A DNA stretch of 55,698 nt, the filler included, from Platydemus manokwari (Eukaryota): NCBI GenBank assembly GCA_037951405.1. It is 5 parts of 5 records of this genome, joined end to end, with 100 filler letters (N's around TTAATTAATTAA, not from the genome) between each part and the next. Parts side by side here need not be neighbours in the genome. Positions count along the whole stretch, not along the records: positions 10,386 to 20,481 come from JBBMOY011170100.1; positions 20,582 to 29,579 come from JBBMOY011316316.1; 3 more parts are not named here. One strand, given 5' to 3'. Position 1 is the stretch's first letter. Every line of letters begins with the position of its first letter. The position numbers were made by a program, and so were the translations under genes. The notes below the pieces were generated by a model, which made no database searches, had not been told where the DNA came from, and worked only from the letters and a program-made list of their open reading frames with translations. Of this stretch, positions 11,844 to 24,900 are shown in pieces.

Positions 11844-13682
11844 ATGGCTTGGAAGATTCTAGGTTGTCTGATTTATATTGGATTTCAGTCAATTATGTTG
11901 TGTGAAACCAAACGAAGTAAATGTTATGATTGTCATAGCATTTGTTATGAAGCAACAAAGGGAATAGCTATTAACACAGCCAAAGCAATGAATTCCAGTT
12001 GTTTTGCCGATTGTTTGAATTTTCCATTTACACGTGACAATATGACATTGGCAATGGTTGATTGCTCGAAGCCTGGTGAAAAATGTTTTACATCCCATGC
12101 ATTAATGAAATTCAAGGTGAGTGGAATTTATTGATATTTCTTAAAAATTGAATCCTTAATCGTTAATAATAACATCACCATTTGTTTTATTCTAACCCAC
12201 TTTACGAGCTCAAATTTTTTCGCTACTCCTAGGGACCAAAATAAAAATAATAAAGCAAATGTTTTTAATAAATTTTTTTGTTTAACATCAAAACATTGAA
12301 ATATATTTGTATATTCTTGCATAAAGCATAACATCTTGAATCTATTTCGCTGATGGGTGGTCTCAGTGCTAATTCTAGACCTTAAAAATTTGATCGATAT
12401 TTTGTCTTAATATAGGGCAGTGTCGAAACTGATTTTTCACACAAATAAATAAAGGCAAAAGGAAAAAGAGAAAGTATGGTTAGTTCCGATAATAGTGGAT
12501 GTTTTGTTTTTAATCAATATGGTATCAAATAATTAGAATCTGAATAAAGTAGAATTCGATTTTATTATCTGCAGGGTATGCTGAATTTAACAAAAATCCA
12601 TTTTGATTGTCAGAGGCTATTGTATTTTAGAGAAATGTATAAGTTTAAGGAAAATGGATGGCTCCTATTTATTACATTAATTTGAGTTACAAAGACCAGG
12701 ATGCCATTAGAGCCATTATAAAATTTATCATAATTTCTTCGATAATAAATTATAAAGAAAAATACAAATGTTAATATAAATGTTAGTCGGAAGAAAATGT
12801 GAATTAAATTTGGAGTTTCATTTACTATCATAGATACTTGAGAAATTAGATATATTTGTTTAAATGCTGTAGAACTTTACACCAAATAACGAAGACTTGT
12901 TAATATTTCTTTGACCACTAATGATAATCCGGAAAACAGTAAATCGGATGCATGGTCTTCTCTTTTAATCAAGTATCACTTTATAAAAGCTCTTCAAACT
13001 AAAGCAAATTATATAAGCTATTAGCAATTAAATATACGATTTGTCATGTGATTTAATAGATGAAGTTTGAATTATGCTATTTTTATCCGTTTTGGCACAT
13101 ATCTTCAATTTTACTATTGGAATGCAGCTTTTTATACTTGATCCATTTAATACAATGGTTTTGATATGTATCTATTGCATAAAAAACAACTTAGCCTATG
13201 CAAAGTCATACAATGCATGTACGTCTTTCTGATATCTTTTTATTTATAAAACCTATTAACCACCAATTGTACCGCCCACAAAGTATCACAATCATTTTCA
13301 ATCAAAACAAATACCAAACATGGAGAACATTAATAATATGCGATTTAACATGAACAATTTTCTTTAATTCTAGATCTTGACAGATGGAAGTTTTATTACT
13401 ATGAGATATATATTACGAGGTTGTACACCGAACTGTCCGATTCAGGTTTGTGATTTTTCAAAATTACGATCATGCAAATTTGCACCGGAAGTGGTAAATT
13501 TCTTGGAGAAAAAGATTTTGGCGGAGAAAGAGCAACTCGAAAAGCGAATTTACAGGAATGTGTTACAAGAAAATTTGATAGATTATGGGATGGGTGGAGA
13601 AATGAAGTGCTGTAAGACAGATGGTTGTAACACTGATAGAGATACAACATATGCCCATAAGTATATTCGAGATGAACTTTGA
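11844..13682 (+). CDS. Ly6/uPAR (three-finger, LU-domain)-like secretory protein, 193 aa, with C-terminal RDEL; exons 11844-12116 and 13374-13682
   Basis: Signal peptide MAWKILGCLIYIGFQSIMLC; KCYDC near the N-terminus, LRGC, and the terminal CCKTDGCN LU signature. Phase-0 intron from GTGAGT (12117) to TTCTAG (13373) joins the two ORFs in frame; AATAAA at ~13713. Confidence 0.85.
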
Positions 13683-15302
13683 TGTCAAATTGTAAAAAAA
13701 TTTTACATCACTAATAAAATAAATTTAATCCGGTTATTTGTTTTTTGTATATTTCTCAGCTATTAATGATCTAACTTGATTGGAAAATTAATTTTATAAT
13801 CAGCGTTGTATTTAAAAATATTAGTTAATGTGTAATTTAAACATTATGATATAACGATGGACGTCATTTGAAAACAAATAGAGATTTACAGTTATTTTGT
13901 CTTCAGGTGTATTATTTAACTAGATATTTATTTATTTATCTTAAATAAAATTACTCTTATTCGAATAAAACTCAGAAGTAGGATTACTTGCGAGTATATT
14001 TGTTTTAAGTGTACTTCCAGTACATCTCTTTTCATAAGCCAGAGATGTTTAGAATGAGATGTATGATAATGACAGCTGTAGAACCAAAAAAAGTACACAA
14101 AATCAAAACCTTTAAATATTACAAATAAAAATCCTAAGCTGAAAAACCGAAAACAAATAATTTCATTTTGTTTCAAAACGAAAATTATAAAACAAATAAT
14201 AAAGCAAGACAAATTATATTTTTGAATTACTTAAATGAAAACAATTGTAAAAATTATGAGAAGAGAAATTATTCTAAATCGATAATTTCAAATCGTTATC
14301 TTGATGTCGTCCATATTGGGCAGGACAAGCAATTGCTACAAAATAAAATAAAACTATTTCGCACATTTGACGGAATATTATTTTATTGTTAACCTGCAAT
14401 TCTGACATCACTTTTTTCTGGATCCAATCCGTTATTTTAGAAAAATTCAGTTGGCGATCGCCAATTTTTGGAATTGTCGATATTCGTACAGTTGGCATCG
14501 GTCTCAATCCATACCAGATTCGATCAGATGGTGGTCGGGGAAAATGAATGACCAGAATTCCATCAAAATGATGAATGTCTAACTAATTTATATAAATCAA
14601 GGCGATTATTATAATAACTATAGAAGTATAAAATAAAAGTATAACATAAAACGTAGCAATATTATAAAATTTAAATATCAATAAAGCCTTCAGTAAGATA
14701 ATGAACGTACATAATAATCAATCAGTATTAATGTTATTATTTGATATGAACAGACAATAATAACAACGGTTGTAAGGGAGATACGTAAATGAGATTAGTG
14801 ATTGCGCAACTATCAGTTGCTACTAACCATTTAACCTCCCATGATCTGATTACATCATCAGAAATGTGATGATATATAACGTTCTAATTGTTCTAAATAA
14901 ATGTTCCCTTATTAGAAAGTCTTATGATTAACAATATTCATCACGAATATTTATAGATTTTACTGCTAATGAATAATGAGTGTTGCCTATGATTAAAAGC
15001 CTAGAGTTCGGTTGGTTAAACGTGTTATGAACAAAATATAAATAGTTCTTGCTAGCTACCGCTATTTCATAAATTATGAATCGAGAACGAGTCCTAGAAA
15101 TTCATATGGTAAAGCTTATTTAATCAAAATAGTCAAATTAAATTGACCATTTATCTATTTTAATATCGATATAGTTTCTATTTAAGATGATCATTTCAAT
15201 GTTAAGTGATTTCAAAATCTTCGCAGTACTAAAAGTTTCATTTAAAATATTATCAAATCAATGATAAATCAATAAATAAAAATTGTGTTATTTAACTTTT
15301 AG

Positions 15303-17762
15303 GTCGCTCAATCTATTCATCTGATCAAAACCCGAGAAAGTAAATTGTCTTTCGAGACAGCAAAAGGATTATTTGGTTCAAAGGTAATTGAAAAAGACCC
15401 ATTTCTTCAAGGTGAGTAAAATTAAAATTGCTTAATTGTTCTTTTTTGAAGAACTTTTTTGCTTAATATATAGAATTATTTTTCTGGAAATATATTTAAA
15501 ATATATTTATAATGTTCGGACTACGTTTGATGGTTAATTTAATCATATATGATCCTTCATTAAAGTAGTTCATTGTTTAGATAATCTACATATACACCAA
15601 AGTCACTGTAAACAACTTAACATCGATTTGATTATCAAAAACAATTATCAGCTCTTGTAATTTTATTCAAATTTTTCATTTCCACTAATATTGTTTTCGA
15701 AATATCTTACTACTGTGACCAAATATTATCGGGACTTATCAATTTAAAACTTACTGGTTTATCGATTCGTCTTAATTTTTTTTAGATTGGCAATACTGTA
15801 TTACATCAATGTCAAATTTAATTGGCTAAAAAGTTACATTAGTCAATATCAAAGCAACTTTATTTTCGATTTTTACGATGTTTGATTTTGTTTAGTAGAA
15901 GTTGCATTAAATTTTGTTTGGAGAATAAAATTTTTATGTCTATGACCCAGAAACAACCAATCGAGCGAATTTAGTATCAAAAGAAATTTAACGTCGAAAA
16001 AATCATATTAATTTCGTGTTAACAGTTTTCCTCGATTATGGCGCTGTTGTGCATTATGAATTTCTTCTATCTACCAAAACTCTTAACAGGGAACTTTATT
16101 TTGACCTTATGCGTCATTACTTGAGGATATTTGCCTCAAGAATCCGGGTTTAAGAGCAGATAACCCTTGGTTTTTACGTTACTATAATATACCGGCTCAC
16201 AATGCATTGGTTCTTTGAGACATTTTCATCATAACTTAATTCTTTTGGTTCCATAACTACCATATTCCGCTGGTTTGCACCGTTTGACTTCTGTTTATTC
16301 AATAAACTACAAAATGATCCGAGGCACAGTTTGACAAGACTGAGGATATGAAAACCGAATTGAAGAAGATATCAGAGGTCATTCAAAAAATAAACTTTAT
16401 AATTTTTTCGAGAACACGAATAAACGTTGGCACAAATAAATTGGGTTGGAGGATGATTAATTTGAAGACCCTTAAAATTGATTCTGAAGAATTAATAAAG
16501 ATTTTTCATTTATTACAAAATTCTTGGCCATATTTGATCATAGAGGTATATAATCAATTTTATTTAAGTTCATCAAAAATATCGTTAATGTTTCTTGAGA
16601 TTTTCCTTATAAAATCTTTTGTTATGATTGGAATGTACATAAAAACTAGAATTATTTTTCTGCTAACTTCCATTTTTGATCATCTCGTTATTGGAAAATG
16701 TGCAATATGCCGTTAAGGTTAATCAATTCAAATTATCTTCTATAGATTGTTATTTTGTTTGGAAGACATTGTTATGTTATGATGGTTTCTTGCTTGAACC
16801 ATTAAAAATATTTTTTAATTTTACTTTTCACTACAATATAAGATTTTAAGCTTGTCATTTAAAAATTCATTCATTCGTGGATTTTAACTCACTATCATTT
16901 CATGGAATTGAATTATCTTTTATCATAGAACAGGTAGTTATGTTAAGGGTATATATTGGAATATATTTGACAGATAATCGTTATGTTGTGACGTAAAAAA
17001 TCGGGTGAATATTTAATTAAATTCAAAGCAATCTTAAAGTCGATGATTGAAAGATTATCTCATCAACAAAAAAAGTAAATTTTGCACATGCTCATTGACT
17101 TAAAATTACCCTCATTTATATTCGCCTTTCTGTTATTTATAAAAATCAAAATGATATATTTTTCTATGCTAAATATTTTTATCAGGAAGTTTTTTAATCC
17201 ATAAACGAAAATCCATAGAAATATTTTTTCTTTCGTACTTTTCAATGTTTATGATTTCTTAATTGTATTTACATCTTGTCAACGTTTGTAGAGGAATAAA
17301 GAATAATGAATTACCAGCCTAATGGATATATTTTATCTACTTTAAAAATAATACTGTCTCTATTCATTAAGTACACCATATAAATAATCCCAATGGGCCC
17401 CGAGCCGCCAGTTTTGGACTATCTAGTGATTATTCATTGATTTAGAGACTGCTTGATAATGGAAATTACTGATATGGTTTCTTATCTCAAATATATCTTT
17501 AATAAATAGTTTTAGTTTCGATTTTAATTTGTATCTATAATAATAATATTTTAAGCTATTTTAATAATATTTAGGACCAATCATAAGTTTGGAATATTTT
17601 GGATCTTCACAAATCAATGATTTCGTTGATACATTCATTACAAATCACTTTCCTGGTGGAAATTCGAAACATTTGATTTACGTATCACCCGATATTGAAA
17701 CATGTAAAAGTCAAATCGATTTAATAAACAACATAACAAATATGGGAATGAACACATCTTGA
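15303..17762 (+). CDS. RP2: RP2/XRP2 (ARL3 GAP) orthologue, last two exons (NDK-like C-terminal domain); exons 15303-15411 and 17575-17762
   Basis: Spliced translation VAQSIHLIKTRESKLSFETAKGLFGSKVIEKDPFLQ-GPIISLEYFG...LIYVSPDIETCKSQIDLINNITNMGMNTS* resembles the RP2 C-terminus as recalled (FLVQTKEVSM..DAQRVF..GPVIALEFNG..MFVSES..DVDSFYNFADIQMGI). Canonical splice sites with matching phase 1. Not captured by the ORF track. Confidence 0.82.
15900..16550 (+). mobile_element. Decayed mariner transposase fragment with 3' end, inside the RP2 intron
   Basis: Broken motifs YDPET, TVFLDYGAVVHYEFL, YNIPAH (HDNAPAH-like), PYSAGL..FDFCLFNKL (YSPDLAP-like) and KRWHK; ends TTTGATCATAGAGG-TA. Confidence 0.85.
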
Positions 17763-18772
17763 TAGAATATATCCAAAACTGTAATCTATGTTCATTGTTA
17801 GTTTATAGAAGTGGTTTGTTGTGTTATTTTCATTTTTTTTTATAAATTTATCAATGTTTGTAAAACAGAATCGTCCGTCTTGTGATTTACTTTAATTGAT
17901 TTATTCTATTTATTTAAAACCGTTATTGTTTGAAAGCATTGAAAAGTTGTCAATGATGAATAGTAATCTTATGAATACATTGACTACTGATTACAAAAGG
18001 CTTTCTGGTCAAATGTGGACAGAGTTGTTTAAAATAAGAATTTAAAGTTATTTGAGATATAAAATTAGAATATAAAAATTCATTGATTATGGACACACTA
18101 ATCGTACGAATGTATCAATTAAATGCACATGGTTAGCATTTGGAAATCTTGTTACCACATATTGTGTTATATAAAATTATCTGAAGTTGTAATTATTTGG
18201 TTCTTACGATGATTCAACAGCTTGAATTCGATGAAAAACTTATCTTTTATTATTATCAACATTTTGATTATTAAAATTTACAATATCAGCATCGTAACTA
18301 CTTTTATTACCAATAAACGTATTTGAAAATTGTAATAATCTCAAAATAATAATAAATTATATTAATAATTTTATAATATTAACAAATTCCTTAAAAACAA
18401 TCATTTAAATATTTAGCTTGAGGTTTGTTTTAATGGTTCGCGGAACAGATATTAAAATCTGTAAAATATAACACATGTTGTGAGATTAATTAATGTTATA
18501 ATCTGATTTAAGCAATATAGGTTTATTATGAAAGTATTTGAAAGATATCATCTGGTTAACGCATAACAAACTTTTTTATGTCATAACGTAATGAATAAAC
18601 TAACTTTCTTGCGCACTAGATCATATAAAAATGGCAGCGCATTATTATTTTTAGTTATTTGTCGATTGTTTAAAATCTACTGAAGAATTGTTTGACAGTA
18701 AATTAAATAATCTTATAAAAATATTTATTTTCGTTAGAGAGATGGGATCCTAGGAGAAGAGTTTCTTATCAA

Positions 18773-19317
18773 TGTTGGGTAGATTATAAATGAATCAAAA
18801 GGGTTACATCAACCAAGGAAATAACCCTGAAAAGAGTCGACACACAGAGATCCGATAAGCACATTGACCGTCAGCCAATCAGATTCGTTTTAATATTAAT
18901 CCATATTTAGAAGATAAGTATCTTTAGGTACATAGCTACAAATGACAGATAATTCAAATATTTGCCAATAAATAGCATAAGAGATACGAAGAAAATTTCA
19001 AGGAAACCGATCTACGAACAAATTCAGCAAATAGATAACGAAAATCCGTGACATCAGGCAGGTCTATAAAAGAGATTGAGTTCCATGAATAACTGTAAAT
19101 ATTTTTGGTCGGTAACTTGGGTATTAATCTTAATTTTGTGTGATTTTCAGTAACAAGTCTTTTTGATTACTTTCTATTCTGTTTTTGACTTTTGGGTGCT
19201 GACCCAACTTGTGTGATAAACTATCTTTGATTATAAAGCGATTTAATTGTAGTTTTCGTGATTGTAATATTTTGGATAATATAATTTTCATACCTAATTG
19301 TTGATTGATACCCAACA
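18773..19317 (+). repeat. Solo LTR (545 bp)
   Basis: Perfect 9-bp terminal inverted repeat TGTTGGGTA...TACCCAACA; internal CCAAT (~18875), TATAAAA (~19064) and T-rich U5-like tail; flanks TCAA/ACAA match a 4-bp TSD with one mismatch. Confidence 0.75.
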
Positions 19318-20408
19318 ACAATCATAGATCAGTGACAATTTTAATTATAAACCATGATTTTTCTGTAAAAAGTTATAGCATTGTTATTTTAATTTTTGTA
19401 AAAAGTTTTTTGTTATTTTCAATGTATATTGTTATTTTATTAAGAAATTCAGGTAATACATTTTATTTTTATCCTGCGTTAATTTTATTGGATAAGTGTT
19501 TTCATCAAATGGAATATATATTATTTTATTGAAAGCCCCTTTGGAATGAAATGATGGATTTTAATTAATAATTTTAATATTAATCCCAGACCTATTAAAT
19601 TCCCTATTAAATAATCAAACCGATATGTATGTCAACAATTTAGAAGAATGCATGAACAACAAGTACAAACGAATAAATATAGAATAATTTCAACAATATT
19701 TTTGACAACCAATTTAATAAATGAGATTAATACTAAGTAAAGTCAAGGAATTTTCAGAAAATGAAATCGATATTTATCAAATGCAATCAAATAAAATTTA
19801 ATGTTTAAAGGTTCTTGCAACACAATATACACATTTATAAACAAATCAAGACTTAGTTCGGAAAACACTACTACTATTCACCAGCATGATTTTTCAATTT
19901 TAATTGTGCCAATTGTCGTTATTTGTAAAACTGGCGTATTTCAATAAAATGCCTCGTTTGACAATGAAAGTTGCTATCATTGTCTCACCAGCTATAGTTA
20001 ATTCGGGTAACCAGCGAGTCCAGTAAATCTTTCATGCAAACCTTTAATTTTCAAACTTTCTATATTCCATATTTATTCGAGTCTTCGCATCATCAATTCA
20101 ACCCAAATAAAAAGGAAGACAGTACAAGTCTTAATCTTTTTGGAATTTAATTTCGTGATATGAATTGCGAAGGAATTGTCAATTATCAATTAACATAACA
20201 AAGCTTGTACAGAATATTTGACATCTTTCTAATTTTAATCTCTTCCACCCATCTTTTTTACTTCATAGTTAGGTGCCACTAGTTTAATATCTTTATTAAA
20301 TAACATCTTTATATGAAAAATCATCAACATTACACATTATTATTCCAATTTTTAATTGTTTTATTGTACAATTTGTTTCTCAAATTCATACAAGTTGAAT
20401 ATACTATA

Positions 20409-20481
20409 CCAGGTGTGTCGGTAATTCCTTTCCGGTTTTTTCGCTAAACAAAAAAAAACAAAACACAAACAAAACAAAATT
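20409..20481. mobile_element. Mariner-like TIR truncated by the gap
   Basis: TA followed by CCAGGTGTGTCGGTAATTCCTTTCCGGTTTTT, typical of mariner termini. Confidence 0.55.
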
Positions 20482-20581
20482 NNNNNNNNNNNNNNNNNNN
20501 NNNNNNNNNNNNNNNNNNNNNNNNNTTAATTAATTAANNNNNNNNNNNNNNNNNNNNNNNNNNNNNNNNNNNNNNNNNNNN
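20482..20581. other. Assembly gap with linker
   Basis: 44 N + TTAATTAATTAA + 44 N. Confidence 0.98.
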
Positions 20582-21150
20582 TATCAACCATTAATAATAT
20601 TCAAACAATCCAACAAAGTGGGTATTATTTTTTAGGTCTCACTGATTTATTTGAAGAATAAATGACTGATAAGAAACAATGATTAAATATCGATGGTTCT
20701 TTTACTATTCATGATAATTTATGGATTCCGAATGAGCCAAATAACGGTAGTTCGGGAGAAGATTGCACAACACTTTATTATAAAAGAATTATGGATTCAA
20801 TGTGCTCAACTAGTCTTGTATTCATATGTGTAAACGAGAACGTCACCACAGTCAATTCAAAGCAATTCGTGTTAAATAATTTGAATATATTTAATAATGA
20901 TAATGAGGTGGGCTGTTATGAAAATATGACTGCAAAAAGTAAAATTCATTGTGGAGTTCTGTAAATATTTTTATATTTGATTGAGAAATTATTATTATCG
21001 ATTTGTAGATGTCTTCAAAATATCAATTGCAAATCTTTCTATTATGAGGAAATTGGAAAGAAATGTGTGTTAGTGAAATATATTAAAAGCACATTACCAA
21101 AACTTTGGAAGAGCGGATCTGAGATTTGGCATGGATATCATTCAGCATAA
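20582..21150 (+). pseudogene. Pseudogenised paralogue of the C-type lectin-PAN gene (5' end in the gap)
   Basis: Colinear and highly similar to 28425-28994, including the 48-bp intron; premature TAA (20659) and TGA (20680) replace K and W; 3' flank homology runs to ~21375. Confidence 0.9.
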
Positions 21151-21939
21151 CCATGATTGATATTTGTTAAATAATTTATTAATCAACTTTTACTGACTGA
21201 TTGTAGCTTATGGTATTGATTTATTACAATAATTACTATTTCAGTTTTATGGTTGATGTTCTTACATTAAATTTCTAGATGTGAATATTTTGATAATATT
21301 TTATTTTGAATTTATTATTTTTAGATTTGAATTTCATTCATGTTCATCGGTGATTTTAAATAATAAAAAATGTTTAGCGCATTTCTTTATCACTTTTCGG
21401 CCCAATCGTACTTGCTGCGACGAATAATATATGCATATGTTTTTTCTGAATAATTTTATAAATTCATTAAATCAGCTACTTATTAAAACAAGTAGTATAT
21501 ATTATTATTATGAAAAAATCCAAATAAAACTGTACCAAATGCTTCATCGATAGTATAAAATAATGAATTTCAAAACAATTTTCAAAATCTTAGTCTTCAA
21601 CATACATGCTTCCTTGAAATTTTTTTTCATAACCGATCATGACCACATTTTTACCTATAAAATATAATATATTTAGTTTTGCTAAGTTTTATTTATTTTG
21701 TTCCAATTTTAGTGCTTATTTAGGGATGCACTTTGTATAAAACCTACTATTTAAATTTGAACTTAATAAATAAATTTAAAATCAATAAATAAGATTAAAA
21801 AATGTGATAAAAACTTTATAATGGTCAAATATCATGAAAAAATTTCAATCAATACAAATCAAAAATTATAATAAAATTTTATAATAGTATTTTATAATTG
21901 TATTATTAACCTTATTATTATTATCGTTATTATTTCGGT

Positions 21940-24900
21940 GTAACTATCAACGATTCGATACATTATTAAATTGTTTTAATTGTGATTTTTTTTACAACTA
22001 AATCCTTCTATTTCACCGTTTACTTCTCTTATTAATCATACTAGGTGCATTATTAATAATGCTTGCAATATTATTACAAAACCTCGCACGATATTCATTT
22101 TATGATTTGGCTTTTTCTTGGACAGTACTTGCGTAAATTTCTCTTGCTCAATTATTTTCTTTGTAAAGTTTTATAATTTGTTAAGTTTTTGATGGATCAC
22201 TGAGTATTTTTAGTCTTCATTCATAATATCAATTAACTCTTTACGCTCTCCTTATTAGATATTTTATTTCTTATTTGATTCGTTTTGTTCCTACTTCTAT
22301 CAATGCAATGCTATGTTGCCTGTATACGCATTCTTTCATTTTTATCTACTGCACTGGTTTCAACATTAAGTTCTTGTAAATAAATTTTCTCCTCCATTTT
22401 ATTTTGTTGATCGAGTTATTCTTGTTGACTTTGCATGTAATTCAATTTTTTTCTAATGTTTGTTCTTGTGTTTTTTGTTTAATTCTCCATTTTAGTTTTT
22501 CTTCTTGATCGGATTCATCTAGACCTTCCTCATGTCTTTCGTTGCTTTCACAATTAATCAAGTTTATCATCAACTGTTTTTTATATTTTATTTTTATTTC
22601 ACAAAGTTCTCCTTGGTTCATGATCACCTCCATTGTGTTTAGCTCATCTTGATTTAGTATGTATATTAATCTTTACTCTTCTATAATCAATCTCTGTTTA
22701 TAATAATGTGCGACCATTGTTGGTTTCCATTCTATTTTATGAACAAGTTGCTCTGTTATTTCCCTTATTAATATTTTCATTCTCATCTATTTATATGCTG
22801 TTTTATATTTTACTATGTTGTCTAAATTTGCTCAGATCATAATTCATTATTAAATATAAACCATACTCCATCCATTTCTTTTTCTCGATTATAATAGGTT
22901 TTCCTTGGATAATCTCTTGGCCTATTCTTCCACCTTACCACATATTTATCGGGAGATCTTCCGCATTATGAACTTGCTCAATCTCTAAATCATTGTACCG
23001 GGTTGTTTCCTTTTATCCGAAATAAAGACATTCGTTCTTTCCTAGTCCCATATTTCATCATTGCTACCTATTTTTTCTCCTATCTTTATTATTTTTCTCT
23101 TAAATGGCCATATCTTATTTATCTCACTTCTTAATGTTTCTGATGTAGTGTTTTCATTTGGTATCTTTAATTTCCCGTCCATTTTGGTCTATCAATTGTA
23201 CCTCTATTTCTATTTTGTCATTCTGACAATTCTGGACAATTCGGTTAATAATGCTCCCGAGAGGAGTAGAACCTATTACTCAAGATTGTTGGAATTAACC
23301 CAATAAATAGGAAGAATATACCTTTTTAGGCATAAATTAACGATGATTTTACAGGTGTTATATCTTACTCGTTCTTTGGATCCTGTCAATCAGATCGAAT
23401 ATCAATATTTAAATTGATATTCCAGTTCAACTGGACATATGATTGATACAAGGGAAATAGGCTTTGGATTTTCGGAAAACGAATTCGAATAATTAATTTT
23501 GAAGTTACGGGCACGCTATTCTAGTGGTTTCTGTTAGTTTCGGGGCCTCATTGTAACATGCAGTTCAAGGCTACTAGTTTTAATAGGCCTATTTATATGG
23601 GTCTTTATTGGGACTGAACTTTGGTTAAAATGCGGGTTCTTTTCAATTTATTTTAAATGAATTTTCATTTAATGCGGGTTGTCATTCTAATATGCCGATG
23701 GAAGATGATGTTCATTATTTTTTAACGAAGGGAATTTATTTCTATTGATGTTCATTTTAGTTGCTAGCCAAATTCTATTTTCTTTTAAATAGGGGTAATT
23801 TATTTTATAAGGGTATTTTGAATATTCAGATATTTTAAAATAGAGGCAATTTTAGTTGTTAGGTTTAAAATATGGGTTAATTTTCGGGTTTAATTATATA
23901 TTTTCAATTATCGGTTCTTTAATTATAACTTTAACATTACTTTTCAAAGTTATTTTTATTTTATTTTATTTTATTACATTAAGTGTTAACGAACTCTGTT
24001 CAAAAAAACAAGTAAAATAGAAAAATATTATTATTATTATAAAGTTCATGCACAGAAAAGAAAATTGATTCGGATTCATATCTCCTAAATAAGCAATGTC
24101 ATTATTCCATAAACCCAAAATCCTTTTTTATTTTTTATTTTTCCATTTTCCTGATGAAATTTTGCTAACTCAGTTAAGAAGTCTTCTAACTGTTTTCTAC
24201 CTATGACAAGCACATGTACACCGCTTTTACATTTTACATGAATTCGATTAGACACATGTTGTTCATCTTTATCTAATATTTTTTCCAATTGTAGCATCTT
24301 TAAACTTTGTTTTTCTTTATCTTATTCTCCCCAGATTTCTTTTTATGACAGTATCCTTCCGATTCTCATCTCTCTCTGTATGAATAATTTCTTTATTAAT
24401 TTTGCTTCTATATCTGTTCTCGTTATTATTTCTATTTTATTGTCTCCCTCACTACTATCTGCGAACTCATTATTGTCAATTAAATTATTTCCTGGAGATT
24501 CTATTAATCCAAATGATTTTTCTTCACCATTATTGGAACTTTCCTCATATTTAATTCCGTAGTCATTATCACTGAACCATTTTAACTCATAATTATCAGA
24601 ATTTGTTTCTTCATCAATATAACTCAAATTATTTTCATTTCCTAATTCCTCAACTATTAACTGTGATTTCAGTTCAAAAAGCTGATTTGCAATCAAGTTT
24701 CCCATATTTTCTTCTCTGAGTTTAATTCCGGTATTTCATCTTCCTTACTAACTACACATATTCCCCTATCTTCTACTTCATCCTTTTGTGTTTTCTTAAC
24801 TTGTTTTGTTTTCTTTTACGTCTTTTAATTGTACACAGATACTGTCTGATTCAGACTGTGAAAACCCTAAGTCAATTAAATATTCTTCATCCTTAGATTC

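Noticed and set aside
12416-12521. Exon-like block (..SSDNSGCFVF..) considered as an upstream RP2 exon
   Set aside because: In-frame stop and only superficial similarity.
14390-14550. GC-richer block with small palindromes (TTGGCGATCGCCAA)
   Set aside because: Probably a transposon remnant, but no termini or coding motif could be defined.
16348-16716. 122-aa ORF
   Set aside because: Begins in decayed mariner sequence and runs into AT-rich intron; not a gene.
17394-17428. GGGCCCCGAGCCGCCAGTTTTGGAC motif resembling a hAT/MITE end
   Set aside because: Too short, and no partner terminus found.
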